A stretch of DNA of 61,292 nt, from the NCBI GenBank assembly GCA_002256025.1, contig NKIB01013250.1, positions 1 to 61,292 of the forward strand, read 5' to 3'. The notes under the pieces are model-generated. The model was given only the letters and a program-made list of their open reading frames with translations, did no database searches and was not told the DNA's origin. Shown piece after piece: positions 24,621 through 37,469 of this stretch (position 1 is the first letter of the stretch; each line of letters begins with the position of its first letter). The translations under genes and the position numbers were made by a program. The stretch is from Asterionella formosa (lineage: Eukaryota).

Positions 24621-27200
24621 CTAGAGATACTGATCGAACCAACGTTTGATGTTGATCCAATGATCAGCTTCGGAAACGACCTTATCAATGGCATGATCAT
24701 CACCATCATATTGTAGGAGTTTTGTTATAATCCCTTTGGCACGAATCATGTGGTAGAACTCAAGGCCTTGAGATGGTGGAACTCGTCGATCACTCATGCC
24801 AAGAACCATAAGAGTTGGTGCAACAACATGGGTAGCATGTTGGACAGGGCTAGCATCATACATAGCATTCATTTCATCCTTGTGAGCTCCTCTAAAGTTA
24901 CGCATGTTGTAAGTGCCACAACCAAGAGCCTCGACAAAGCACCAATCAGGAATGTCAGTGGCTGTCACCATGGAAGCAATGTTAGTGACAGGATTTCGCA
25001 TTGCTGCAACCTTAAATATCTCAGGGAATTGTCCCACGCAATGAGCGGCAAGGAAGCCACCATGGCTCCCTCCACATATACCGATTCGGTCAGGGTCAAC
25101 CCAGCCACTCTCAGACATGGTAGTGGCTGCGTGAACAACATCCTTGACATCGAGTGAGCCAATATGCCCAGGCAAGGCTTCTAAAGCGCGTTGACCGAAC
25201 CCAGTAGATCCTCTATAATTGACGTGCAGAATTGCGTATCCACCTTTACCACATAAATAGGCATAAGGAGGGTTAAATGTAGTTGGAGTGCAAGAGTGGG
25301 GGCCACCGTGGGGAACAATAATGAGAGGTGGTTTCTTTCCATCTTTTGTATCGTGTGGTTTCATCAAAATCCACTGCACCAGTGTTTCAACTTCGTCCTC
25401 GATCTTGGGTGACTTCATTGTAAATACGTCATAGGAAAAGTTGAGCAATTTGTTGATCTCCCCCGGTTCTGCTGGACAGAATGAGCTCGCTGTGAATGGA
25501 CTCATTTCCACGACCAATTCAGCTTGAAATGTAAAATTTCCGTCCACGTTTCTGACTTGCAAATTTTGCGGAGAAACGTATCCAATAATTGTGGGCCGGT
25601 TTGGTGCGCTTTCTGATATGATGGCCCCTCCTTCATTGGTGACACAAAGTACTTGCTGACTTGCCAAAGGCTCTGATGAAGCACCCTCTCGTCGAACAAT
25701 TTCAAAGTTGAACAAGGTCATGGAACCATCCAACAACGAGATTCGAACCACTTTTTGTATGCTTCCCCACTGCGTTGTAGTCAATAAGAACTCACCTGTG
25801 CAACAATTCAGAGGCAATTGATGAAGATATAATCCAGGAAAGCCCATCTTGGCTACTTGTACTGATTGTTCGTCGACTACTGGAGGTGGTACAAGAACAG
25901 TTGCAACTACTACACGGTGTGTTTCCAATTCTGGAATACCCATTTCGACGTCCCAGTCAATGGCATGAAGCGCCATGCCCCCATCGTGAGTGTCAAAACC
26001 GATTTTATTCGACAGGAAACACAGCTTGGAACGACCGTCGTCGGCGGGCGAGAATCGCGGTGACCTCGAGAGTCGACTCATTTCCGAGAGACAGACGCAT
26101 TCGCCATCCGTGGCGTTAGCCGATGAATTGGAATCGTCGGTTCCTGCCAAAGAGTCAACAAGGCTGGAAATGGGTGACGCATATATCTTACATGGGCGAT
26201 TCAAGCAGTATATCATCCCCAATCGTCGAGGCATTTCACCTCCTCCACCGGCATCCCAGCAAGTGTATACAACATGAGTTCCACAAGGAGAAAACATTGC
26301 TTGCCCAAGCGTCCAGCCACCTTCAGTTGTATTTTGTGATAGATCTTTTCCGGGAACATTTTCAATTTTCCCCACTCGTCCCGTCTTGGTGTGGCAGCAA
26401 AACAGATCGAGCGACCCCGCCAAATCGCCGTACTTTTCACCCCAATGTTCTGATTTTCCTACGCCAAGGGTGAATTCGCCCCCGGAAACTTTGTTTTCGG
26501 AATTCTCTTCGTCCGGTTCAAAAAACGAATTAGAATCAGGGTTCTTGCGCTCTGCAGAATACACAAATGCTGTTTCTCGCGCATTCCAAGAAATGGTCCC
26601 AAATCCGTTCGGGTCGTGAATAACCTTTCCGTGAATCGATTTGGGCAGAACAATTCTTTGCGAGAGAGATTGGCCATTGTTGGTCCAAATTTCAAATATT
26701 TGGCGCCCGGCATTCTTTGCGCTTTCCTCTTCCCTCAGAATGACAAGGTTCGATCCCGATGGAGAAGGAACACGAGCCTTTATACCAGAGTCAAGTTCAG
26801 TTGGTGGAAAGCGAATGTTTTGGCCCAATGGAATGCTGTATAGAAGCTTTCGTCTCTTCGCTTGATCGATATCTCTAACCGATCTGGTGACTTGCAAAAT
26901 GCCATTGTGCACATGAACGTCTGAAAGATCCACAGCAGCGGACACAACCATGCTGAAAGCCCGGGCGTCTTGCTGTGGCGACGATGGCTTATCAACTTGC
27001 AATTCGCCAACATCAGTCATTGACACGCTTCGTTTAGACTTTGCTTCACTCACTCTGTTGCGATCCCTAAATTTGATGGACAAGTCGACGTTGTGGAAGG
27101 CCTGTCGCTTCAGCAGATTTCGTCCCCAGAAGGCGTTGGTACAAGAGGATAGCAAAATGATGGAAAGGAGTAGAGACACCACGGGAAGGATGCGGTGCAT
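24621..27200 (-). CDS. APEH: Acylaminoacyl peptidase (peptidase S9C, APEH-like) with N-terminal targeting leader
   Basis: HGGPH, NYRGSTGFG, nucleophile GGSHGG, DRRV and DDHAI catalytic motifs; first ATG at 27200 (MHRILPVVSLLLSIILLSSCTNAFW). Confidence 0.93.
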   Translation of the reverse strand: MHRILPVVSLLLSIILLSSCTNAFWGRNLLKRQAFHNVDLSIKFRDRNRVSEAKSKRSVSMTDVGELQVDKPSSPQQDARAFSMVVSAAVDLSDVHVHNGILQVTRSVRDIDQAKRRKLLYSIPLGQNIRFPPTELDSGIKARVPSPSGSNLVILREEESAKNAGRQIFEIWTNNGQSLSQRIVLPKSIHGKVIHDPNGFGTISWNARETAFVYSAERKNPDSNSFFEPDEENSENKVSGGEFTLGVGKSEHWGEKYGDLAGSLDLFCCHTKTGRVGKIENVPGKDLSQNTTEGGWTLGQAMFSPCGTHVVYTCWDAGGGGEMPRRLGMIYCLNRPCKIYASPISSLVDSLAGTDDSNSSANATDGECVCLSEMSRLSRSPRFSPADDGRSKLCFLSNKIGFDTHDGGMALHAIDWDVEMGIPELETHRVVVATVLVPPPVVDEQSVQVAKMGFPGLYLHQLPLNCCTGEFLLTTTQWGSIQKVVRISLLDGSMTLFNFEIVRREGASSEPLASQQVLCVTNEGGAIISESAPNRPTIIGYVSPQNLQVRNVDGNFTFQAELVVEMSPFTASSFCPAEPGEINKLLNFSYDVFTMKSPKIEDEVETLVQWILMKPHDTKDGKKPPLIIVPHGGPHSCTPTTFNPPYAYLCGKGGYAILHVNYRGSTGFGQRALEALPGHIGSLDVKDVVHAATTMSESGWVDPDRIGICGGSHGGFLAAHCVGQFPEIFKVAAMRNPVTNIASMVTATDIPDWCFVEALGCGTYNMRNFRGAHKDEMNAMYDASPVQHATHVVAPTLMVLGMSDRRVPPSQGLEFYHMIRAKGIITKLLQYDGDDHAIDKVVSEADHWINIKRWFDQYL

Positions 27201-27310
27201 AGGTCCGAACACAATAATAGGACGACAGTCAGTACAGTACTATGGAGTATTGATTACAATTCGCCTGGTGTGTGCCTGTGGTCTGACATAACATTACAAC
27301 AAGACCATCA

Positions 27311-28967
27311 GGCCCCGTCTTACGGTGCCCGAATTACGAAGATTCAGTCGCCCGGATACCTGTTGGGCGTTTAATCTTCGTATTTTCGTCCATTACCGGC
27401 TAAATAACTCGCAAATCCGATTAATCTTCGTTCGCCCGAATATTGCGAGGGTCAATCCCCGATGTTCCCAATCTTCGTATTTTCTTGAACAATCTTCGTT
27501 CCTCCAAGATTAATCTTCGGGCACAAGAAGATTGTCTCCACCAATCAGAATGGCGGAAACAATACATAATGGTCAAAACATATACTGATGATATAGAATT
27601 CGATACTTCGATACTTCTATTGTAGTATTATTGTCATTATTACTACCGTAGATATCTTTAATATGATAATTCTTACTTTTAATATTTTTGTTATGATAAT
27701 AATTTGTAACATGATGACTTCGCCAATGCTATTGTCAACCTTCCTGGCACATTATCAACAGTGTGTACAGCCATGGAAGCAACAATGGTTGTCATGGCAA
27801 CTAACAGCAGCCTTGCCAGCTGCGTTGCCAAATGAGCTGGTTTCTCAGTTCCATTTGGAAGCTCAATCCGAAAGAGGGAACCAGCAATCGCTGGCAACAG
27901 CAATTACCATTCAACAACATCTGTTAAAGGAAAAAAAGAAATGACCTCTGGTGTCAAGGGAAGAGTCATTTTGGTGGAAGAAGTTCCTAACAAACAAAAC
28001 GCGCATCTTACAATTGGACATGAACACATGGGAAGCAAGACTCTTTCGCAAAAATTTTCGTCTTCCATTCGACAAATTCTTGAAACTGTATGATATGGCA
28101 ATATCAAATGGTTGGTATGATCCACACAGGAAAGATTGCGCCAATCTTCTTCTGTGCAAGGACCTTGAGTTGCTCCTCCTGGGTGTTCTCTAGACTCTAG
28201 CAACCGGTGCTTCCCATTTGTATGTGTACATTCAAACTGAAATCTCTAAAGAGGTACACAGAAATCTTTTCATTCACTGGACTTCAAAGTTTGCAGAAAA
28301 GAAGGATGAATATGTATACATACTGAGAGAGGAAGAGGAAGATGATGACCAACTGCAACACATTCTAAATGATTACAGTTCCATTGGGCTTCCAGGTTGT
28401 ATAGGCTCAGTCTATTGTGTGCACATTGGATGGAATCGATGTCCTGCCTACCAGAAGAATTTCACAACCAGCAGCAAATATAATGGCAATCTGCACACTT
28501 CGAAGCATGTGCACTTGAATGGGGCCGCCAATCCAATATCGAATATGGTTGCAAAAGTAATGCTCCTCCTCAGTTGTGTATTCTGTTGGTCCTTCAGTCG
28601 CCATTGTGATAATAAAGAGATGCTGGTGGTGAGAGCAGAGGAGAAAGGAGATAGGAAAATGTGAAGGCCAATCACCTTAAAACAAGAACAGCAATGATGA
28701 TGATGGAGCATTGAGTGTTGACAATTTTCAATATGATTAATTACTATAATATTCCTGTAAACAAGACTACTAATTTTCATGTAGGAAATAAATTTCAATT
28801 CTCGAGATCGGTCATTTGACATATGGATTGACATACTATTTAATCTTTGGGACCGTAAGGTGGCCATAAAATTTCCCGAATACGAAGATCGAAGATTTTG
28901 CCGCAATAGCTTCGCAATATTCGATCTTCGTATTTCGTGCACTGTAAGTTTCAGCCTCAGACGGGGC
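27311..28967 (+). mobile_element. PIF/Harbinger-like transposon remnant
   Basis: 27951-28460 encodes FRKNFRLP...LELLLLGVL...GLPGCIGSV(Y)CVHIGW (Harbinger DDE N-terminal half). Clustered AATCTTCGT motifs near both ends; short imperfect IR GCCCCGTCT / AGACGGGGC; no TSD found. Confidence 0.7.
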
Positions 28968-29739
28968 GGAATTTCCAATAAACTGTGGGCCGATGCTGAA
29001 TGATGCTGGAGTTTTGTTGTTGCCGTGTCCCGGTGTGTTGGGGTCACTTTGCTGAAATTGACAATAAGCCGGAGGACAGGCGCTTACATTCTTCATGCAG
29101 CACTCCTCATTAAGCAAGGCATTTTAACTCTTGTTTGCTTAGACTATAGCTTTTGCAGTAGGCCTGTTACGTCATTTCAGCTGAATTTTTTTATTCAGCT
29201 GAAATGATATCATGATCACTCAAAATCTGGCGAGATATTTTGTTCTTAAACATAAATTAGCTGTAGGTAAATAAATTTCTGACACAGGCCTCATGATTCC
29301 TTGTATCTAATTTCACCGAAAACCTCTTTTCTCTATCAAAACTTAGATTTATTTGGATAGCAGCAGGTCGAGCGAGTGATAGCAATCTCTCCTATTAAAT
29401 GCTTACCTGTAGCCATGTGTACCTACCTGCTTGCAGTGAAGCTTCAATAGAAGTAAAAGCACAACTGAATCTATTGATTGCTCACAGCCCTTCATCTTGT
29501 ACTTGCATATACCGGAAAAGCTCCTCTGATTTGAGATGAATTCGTCGAAGAAGAAGAATCGCAATCATGAAGACAGTACTGATGAAGAATATGTGGTGAG
29601 TGAATTCTCAAACCTTTCTACATCTTCATCCAATGATCATGGCAATGCCACTGTAAGTATTGGTGGTACACAGAGAATGAGAGAACCATTTCGCATGCAT
29701 TTCAACGCTGAAGCTTTTGGTTTTTCAATGAAAATGTGG

Positions 29740-30050
29740 CATCAGGCACAGCTCCAGTCGACACGGAAACCGCAGCAACGACAGCAACAAAGAATGAAAA
29801 GGCGTGCACAGGTACAACTACAGTTGATGCGGAAACCAGAACAACTGGAGCAACAAGGAATGAAAAGGCGTGCACAGGTACAACTCCAGCCGATGCCGAA
29901 ACCGGAACAACTGGAGCAACAAGGAATAAAAAGTCATGCACAGGTACAGCTCCAGCCGATGCCGATGCCGAAACCGGAACAACAACAACATCAACAAGGA
30001 ATGAAAAGATGGGCACATGTACAACTCTAGTTGGTGCAGAAACTGCGTCT
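29740..30050 (+). repeat. ~60-bp coding-like tandem repeat, block 1
   Basis: About 5 units of TGATRNEKACTGTTPADAET (Gln-rich in the other frame). Confidence 0.85.
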
Positions 30051-31177
30051 GTAAATCAAAACCTTCATATTCCTATGATGCATCATAGGATTATGATCAT
30101 CTGATCATAATTTTTCGTTATGTCATCTAATAATTTTGATAAATGCCCTCATAATTTAAATAGTAACCCTGTTGACTATGTATATTGAATTCTTATATGT
30201 ACTTTTTCTATTAGGTTCCTTTATTTAAATTTCTTGGTAGGATAATGTGGTACCAGCTAAAGTCATGTGGTTTGGTTCATCATCCTCTCCAGTTCTCACT
30301 CGTCTGATTCTTTCAACAATGACAAAACAGGCACAGCCATGTCGAGAGGAACGAGTGTTTGTGATAAAATCTTCATTTGTCACAGAGGAGCCTAATTTTT
30401 AATTTTTCTCCCCACGGATCCCATACCCTCTTGGATGTCACTTGCTTACTACAGAAAATGGAGAACAGCCGCCATGATCTGTTGATTGTTGCTGTATGGT
30501 GCCACTGACCAAATGCTCCAGAAATCTCAATGAGTTGAGTTGTTTCTTGACTTGAATGCTGCCCAAGGGGGCCTGTGTGGCCAAAGGATAAAGAAAAATC
30601 TATGACAAGGGTGGTGAGATAGTGTTTAGGAGCAAAAGTTATCATTGCTGAACGCATTCGGAAATTCGAATGGACAATAAATGATGGCATACCAAGGCTG
30701 CTCTTGGCTGACAGTGCCAAGTCAATGTACTAACACAACAAGGGTGCACAAAAGACGGTCAATTTTAATCGACTGGCTGATACATAGTTTTGAGACTCAC
30801 CATGAATTCTGCAATGGGGTGGACTTTGATCATTGCTTCGTTTGAAGCACAATCAATTCGAATGCTGTCCAATAAAACAGCCAATGAAAACAATTGTGGC
30901 GAAAAAGCGCAGAACAGATCTAGAGATTTCATAGGAATTAAAATAACGGGGCAGGGCATATATGATGCTCTGCTCCTTTTGTATATTTGATCATTTCCAT
31001 TTTTCATACTATACAGGACCATGGATGACTCCTCCCTTTCATTAGATATGCAGCCATGTGGCGATAATTCTACAAGACCTATAGAATTGGTAGTCTGGTA
31101 TTGTATATACCAGTAGGAGTCATGTATGCATGCATGCTGCGATAATAGCTTGGGGGTAATCATCTTCATGCTGTTTA

Positions 31178-31208
31178 CAGAGAGAGAGAGAGAGGGGGGG
31201 GGGGGGGG
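31178..31208 (+). repeat. (AG)n microsatellite fused to poly-G
   Basis: Read directly from the sequence. Confidence 0.9.
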
Positions 31209-33002
31209 TTGGTAAAAGTTAAGAACACAAAAAAATGTGAAAATTAGCTAAGTTTTTTATTCAATAAAGTTTGATTTGTTCATCCTATACCTTTGATCAT
31301 AACATATTGATCATATGATAAACAGTGTCATTGTTGAGAAAAAGGAATGATCAAATTTTTTTTCAGGAATTAGGATAAATTTATCTTTAAAATATGATCA
31401 AATGATCATAAACACATTAGCATATTCAGTTTTCCGCTGCACTATTGTGGTACTCCCATGATAGAAGTAATACCCAGCAAGTATACAGTACTACCGGCAG
31501 GCTATATGAATTTTTTGAATGTATATGGTCAATATGTCTATATTCATAAATGTATGGTGATTTAGACCATTTGAAAAATTGGTGATGACTCCTGTTTATT
31601 AAGGGGCTTAATTAAATCAGCCACTGACTTGTAGATACAAGAATTGACGCAAAACAAATTGAAAAAAATCAACAGGTCATGGAAAGCAATGAACTCATCA
31701 TGCGTCTTATATATATATGAATTATGTATAATCAAAATTGATGATAGTATACACAGCATGTGCCATATAATAAGCGTGTTTGAACTATAAAAATGTTCAA
31801 CTATATACACATTTAAACTTTCAAATCTTTATATATGTATACATGGGTGGCTGAAACATTTGAAATCATGTTTTCATGTTCCTTGTCATGCATACACTTT
31901 GCTCCTGAAATGAAGGATCATCACACATGATGACGCGGAAAACGAAAGTGATAATACAACACAATGATACTTTCGGCTTAGAAGGAGTGAATATGGAGAA
32001 GGGCGGAATCAATTTATGTAAGTCAAGATCAAATGCCTTTCATGTTCCTTGTCATCCATACACTTCCTGAAATGAAGGATCTCAACCAACACATGATGCG
32101 AAAAACTGAAGTGACAATTCAACACAATGATACAACATGCGGCTTAGAAGGAGTGAATATGATGGATAAGGGCGGAATCAACAAGCTGTGCATGGTACCA
32201 CATCAAGAGCAAATGCCAGGATAATCAATTGTTGGGATTACAAATACGGAAAAGAATCATCCCCTTTCAATGATTCAATAGCTCCATTTGGATTTGGTGG
32301 CCAACCATCAATGCGGACACAAGAAATCGGTAAGTGCTATCATCTTTGGATCAATCCACCACTGTTAGAAAAACTGACACATGTGTGTTGCTTCTTTCAG
32401 GATAATGGTAAACAAACAGTATTTGTAAGTTAAAAACAGCAGCTTTGGAGCCCATTTATGATCGATACTTTTTATTCAATCTTCACCTGACACATTCGTG
32501 AATGCAAACTCAGATTTGTCAGGAGTAAAAGGAAAGCATGGGAATATGGGCAAGGCAAGCGCGCAGTACAACAACATTCAGAATTGGATTGGGGGGAAGG
32601 TGGAAGTGAAAGCACCAATCATTGCAATGAGATAATTGTAGGACATTCTGTAGCCACTCAAGATATAGAAACATAGAACCATTCGTCAATTTAGTTTAAA
32701 TTTCGATCCATTTCATCCTATTTTAGACAGTGATTTCGATGAGAATTACGATCATGTAAAGATAGAAGTATGACAAAAGAATAGACATCATAGGCCCATG
32801 TTTAACTAATTATATGATGCAATGGTATTACAAATGTGATAATATCATCATACTTCAATCTTGGTAAAATTTTACTGAATGATCATAATTATATGATACA
32901 TTGATCATATTTTTGATCCAAAAACTATCATATATGTAAAATTCCTGTGCCACTTAGTATACAATACCCTTGATCCTATCTGCATGATAGTTTTCATTTG
33001 CA

Positions 33003-33430
33003 GATGCGGAACAACTGGAGCAATAAGGAACGAAAAGGCGTACACAGGCACAACTCCAGTCGATGCCGTAACCGGAACAATGAAAGCAAGAAGGAATGAA
33101 AAGGCGTGCACAGGTACAACTCCAGTCGATGCGAAAACTGGAGCAACAGCTGCAACAAGGAATGAAAAGGCAAAAGTAGCAGGAAAAAATCCAAAAGCGG
33201 AAGCCGGAACAAAGACTGCAACAAGGGCTGCAAAGAGAATCGAAAATGCTAAATTAAGAACAAAGAAAAAGACTTCAAGAATTACAGCAGGAACAAAGGA
33301 AAAGAACACGTCAGGAACAGTAAAAGCAGGGTCATGTGACATGACTGATGAGAAATACAATGATATTGCATATAACACGACAGGAACAGGAAAAACTAGA
33401 TCATGTGACATGACTGATGAGAAATACAAT
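33003..33430 (+). repeat. ~60-bp coding-like tandem repeat, block 2, plus a 69-bp-period duplication
   Basis: Same unit as 29740-30050; SCDMTDEKYN encoded twice at 33331-33432. Confidence 0.82.
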
Positions 33431-33589
33431 GAAGTTGTGTATGATAATGATAACTGGGATAATCCAGAGATACAGTGACAACATCGAATTGGTTATTCAC
33501 TTTAAAAAAGTATACAGTGAGATCAAAGAACGATTTGTAAGGCAATCTAATAAAAAGCCTCTATGTTATTAAGAGAGACAGTGTGAAAG

Positions 33590-36500
33590 AAGGAGATAAT
33601 GTGGGGAGAAAGCTTCTTCGACGCAAAGAAATGTTTGATTGCATATGATGCTCACTACAGTCTTGGTCACTTGAAATCATCTGTTACATGGAGAGAGGTT
33701 AATCATCATGTTTACAATATCACAATACAGCACGTGAATGCATGTATCAGTGTGTGTCCTGTGTGTATTCATGCGCATCCTCAAATTCCGAAATCTAAGG
33801 GAGCCGATATCCTATACATTCTGGTGAATTATGTGATCGCATGCAAATCGAATTGATTGATTATGGTGCCAATGAACAACGCAATGTGTATGGTCAGGTA
33901 ATGCGATGGATTATGGCTGTGAAGGATCAATTCACTGGCTTATGCTATTTGAGAGCTGTTCCAAACAAAAATGCAAAGTATGTCTGCTTTGAATTGATTT
34001 GATATCCGCATATCTACCACACAGATAATGGTTCTGAGTTCACAGCTGAACAAGTTGTAGGTATGTTGAAAAGATGGAATCAAACAATACTGAAAGTCAC
34101 TGGTAGTCCCCGAAAGCCCAGAAAAGAATACAATTTTAGCATAAAAGTGTCCAAAAATGCATAAACCGTCAGTAAGGGGAGTTTGTGATCATTTTCGCGA
34201 TACGACATTTTTTATTCCCGTAAAGAACAAGCAGTCTATTGTTGAATGGCTGAAAGTATGTCTAAAGTAAACTTTCAAATGACCTTATCAAGTTTCCATA
34301 GAAATATGGACCACGACAATTATTGCTTACATGAAACTCACTACAAAATTGACATAGAGGAATTTGTTACATCTTGAAATGTTGTACCCTCTCCGAGAAT
34401 ACTGTTGCTCAAGTTTTCTCATCTATTTCGAAGAAACATAGAAAACCTTTTATCTAATCAAAGTTATCAAGCTAATCACCGCGGACTCAACACTGTCTCG
34501 TTTTTGGTCATATCTTCAAAACTGAGCAAATGACGACAAAACAACTACCAGCGCTGATTTTAACTTTTTGTTGTCAATACTAGTGCAAAAAAATTTATTA
34601 TTGAATGATAATCTCGTCTATGTTAGTCTACATACACTTGCGAAACAGGAATTGTTCATTGTCAATATTCGTGAAGATATTCAAATCCATAATTTCGTCA
34701 TGGTCAAGATGGAGTTGCTGTCTCATCAACCCCATACCGCAGGCACCTGCTGTACAAACACACATGCAAATACTAGTAGTACCCAGGAGTATGTATGCCA
34801 ATCATTTATAATATATATATAGCTCTTTATACGGAATGTACAAAGTATATACAAGGTTTGTTGTATGTATGATGTGTTCCATGTCGAAAATGTAAGAACA
34901 TCTGATACATTATGCATCCGATTTCTTGACAAAAATGAACATTAGTACAAATATATTTTTATTTTTCGATTATTAATATACTAAGTAAAAAGAGTCATTG
35001 AAAATTTAGTTAGGAAAAGTTTCTATCATTGATAGAAATTAATATTGATTTGCTACAAATTTAGTGAAGAAAGTAATCCCGAGTTCCCCCGACTAACACA
35101 TTATGCATTTTCGGACACTTTTATGCAAAAAGCGTAATGGACCGAAAGCCCAGTGATCAGGGTTCAGTCGAAATCATCAACAGACTTTTGAAACGTGTAA
35201 TTAACAGTGTACTTGCAAGTGAAGTACAAAAGGGAAAACTCCATCCAAACTGGACCAAATACCTTTGAGAAGTTAATTCAATTCTTAACCGACAATGTGG
35301 TCAGGCCCAAAATGATTGTTTCTGCATAGGAAACCGTTTTTGGGATTGATTTTGATCCCATTATGCCAGACACCAGAGACAGCATCCGCAGGTGCACAAC
35401 CATCCAAGAGCGCATGGATGTGGCAGCTAGCAGTAGATTCCGTGCTGTTGTGGAATCCATGTATGACTTGACCCTTAGTGCCAGTGACCCCAATGACTCT
35501 GTCTCCATGGATTTGACATTGTCACAGGTTGACAATGTCTGCGACACCACCTTCAGCGGCTGTGACTTTTCACAATGTTTGCTGAATTTTGGAAGGACCT
35601 GATGTTAGCAACAGTGTTCAAGCTCAATCAACAAATGATTATGAGGAAACCAGTGAATAGGACAAAATTTCAATAGGTTATATCCTACTCTCAATTGCAT
35701 TTCATGTTGCTTTTCAGGATACCATTTAATCGCAGTTTGCAATGAAGCATACTACTCTAAATGTGAGAATACGAATGCCTGGAATGAAACTGATTTTATA
35801 TCAAGTTTTGCAGCACTGATTGCTTACAAGAGCCATGTTGGTTCCATTCAATTTGTTCATTGTCTGTTATCGATGGAAAAAGTAGAATCGCAAATGTGCA
35901 AGAAATTGAAGGTCAATGTAAAAGGGTTGTAAGTGTCTTTCATGGCAATGATCACTTTGCAGTGATGGAGAGCAACCTTGATTCCAATTTCATAACAATT
36001 TATGATGGCCTCAATCTAGGTCTTAACAACTGGTTCCACCATATCACCAATGTGCTGAAACGGAAGAAACTAATTGGAAGGAACTCTTTGCCGAAATTCC
36101 ATTCCAATGGTAAAACAGAATTTGAAATGGTTACTGATGAGGATAGCTGGATCATTTCAAAGTCAATCATTGTACATCAAAAAGAGGGGTATAATTGTGG
36201 CCCGATTGCTTGCCTTGTCCCGGGTTCGATTTTTGAACCAGAAATCGAAAACATATCAGCTATTTCTCCACATAACTATCGCTCCTTTGTTGTAACAATG
36301 TTCAAGGAAATGGTTAATCAATTCAATACTGAATTGATCTTAGCAAGTGACCTACATGATACTGTTTCAATGACACAGCAAGTGAATACTGAACAAGTGG
36401 ATTTTGATGATGAACTGATGCTAAATGAAATGGTAACAAGAATATTACGTCGTGGGAATGAGAACAGATGTGCAAGACATGCTATGGAAAGAGCAGTCCA

Positions 36501-36612
36501 AGAAACGCCCATGAAATCAAAGAAAAATGCAAGACAAAAACATGCACAATATGTTAGAGCACAACGACAGAAGGAACAAAGCAAATACATGAAAGGCAGA
36601 CATATGCAGTGA
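33590..36612 (+). pseudogene. Stand-alone DDE integrase (Ginger/KRBA2-like) with zinc finger, followed by a Ulp1-like cysteine protease; degenerate
   Basis: AHYSLGH...CPVC; QIELID...VKDQFTGLCYLRAVPNK; HTDNGSEF...GSPRKP|SDQGSVE (frame restored when the MITE is removed); downstream HFAV...IYDGL...QKEGYNCGPIAC. No RT nearby. Confidence 0.78.
34121..35143. mobile_element. Non-autonomous MULE-like element (MITE) with 9-bp TSD
   Basis: TSD GAAAGCCCA at 34112-34120 and 35144-35152; TIR core GCATAAAAGTGTCCRAAAATGCATAA at both ends; no ORF. Confidence 0.88.
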
Positions 36613-37469
36613 AGGCAAAAGGCAACTATTGAGTCTATAGTTACACTAAAAATGGACTACAGAGATGTAAGCAACCCACATGGAATTCCTGCCAATGTTT
36701 TCGCCCTATCTACTAATGAACTTGGATGAGGAATACAAGCAGTAAATGATCATGGCATTATATGTTATTTGTCATATAAAAATCTGGTGAAACAGCAGTG
36801 TATAGGAAACTGTGGTGAACAGAGCAATTAGTGTGTACTAGGTACTCCTGGTAATGCCTTACGCTACCATTGGTATTATTCATACTAGCTAGTACTACCA
36901 CTGTACGTACCGTAGGCATATTGGAACCACCCCTATACCAGGGATCAGGATGGTGACTTTTTAAAGTTATATTGCCTCCGAATTGCCTTGAAACTTTTAT
37001 CCGCGACTCCAAAAAGATGGTCGTGACAGTGGAGTCTATTCACAAAGCAAGCGCTTGTGTATAGATACTGCGACTTATTGCTTCAAATCTGATGAATAAA
37101 AGAACACCGGAAAACTAAATAAATAACTAGTAATTTCTGCTGATTTGGATTTTATCAGATATGACGTAACAGGCCGATCTTAATTATCGCATACTGGTAC
37201 CACTCCTTGTAGAGCGAATTAAACATGCTGGGTAGCGATATTCTTGTAGATTCAATAGCCTTATTGATCCACATGTACTGCTATTTAGCATTAAACTAGC
37301 CAAAATATTCTAATCTAACGGACACACCCATCAGCAGTATCATTGCACATAGACGATGCATATTGTTGCCACAAAGGGCTTCTATTAAGGACATGGATTG
37401 AGCCGGGCTAGTCGACATTTTGTTGGAACTATAGTTGAACAGAGGGAGTAGGGTTTACACTAACTTTCT

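Noticed and set aside
29536..30030. Gln-rich protein gene
   Set aside because: An alternative frame of the 60-bp repeat; block 2 favours the Thr-rich frame, and no intact gene can be built.
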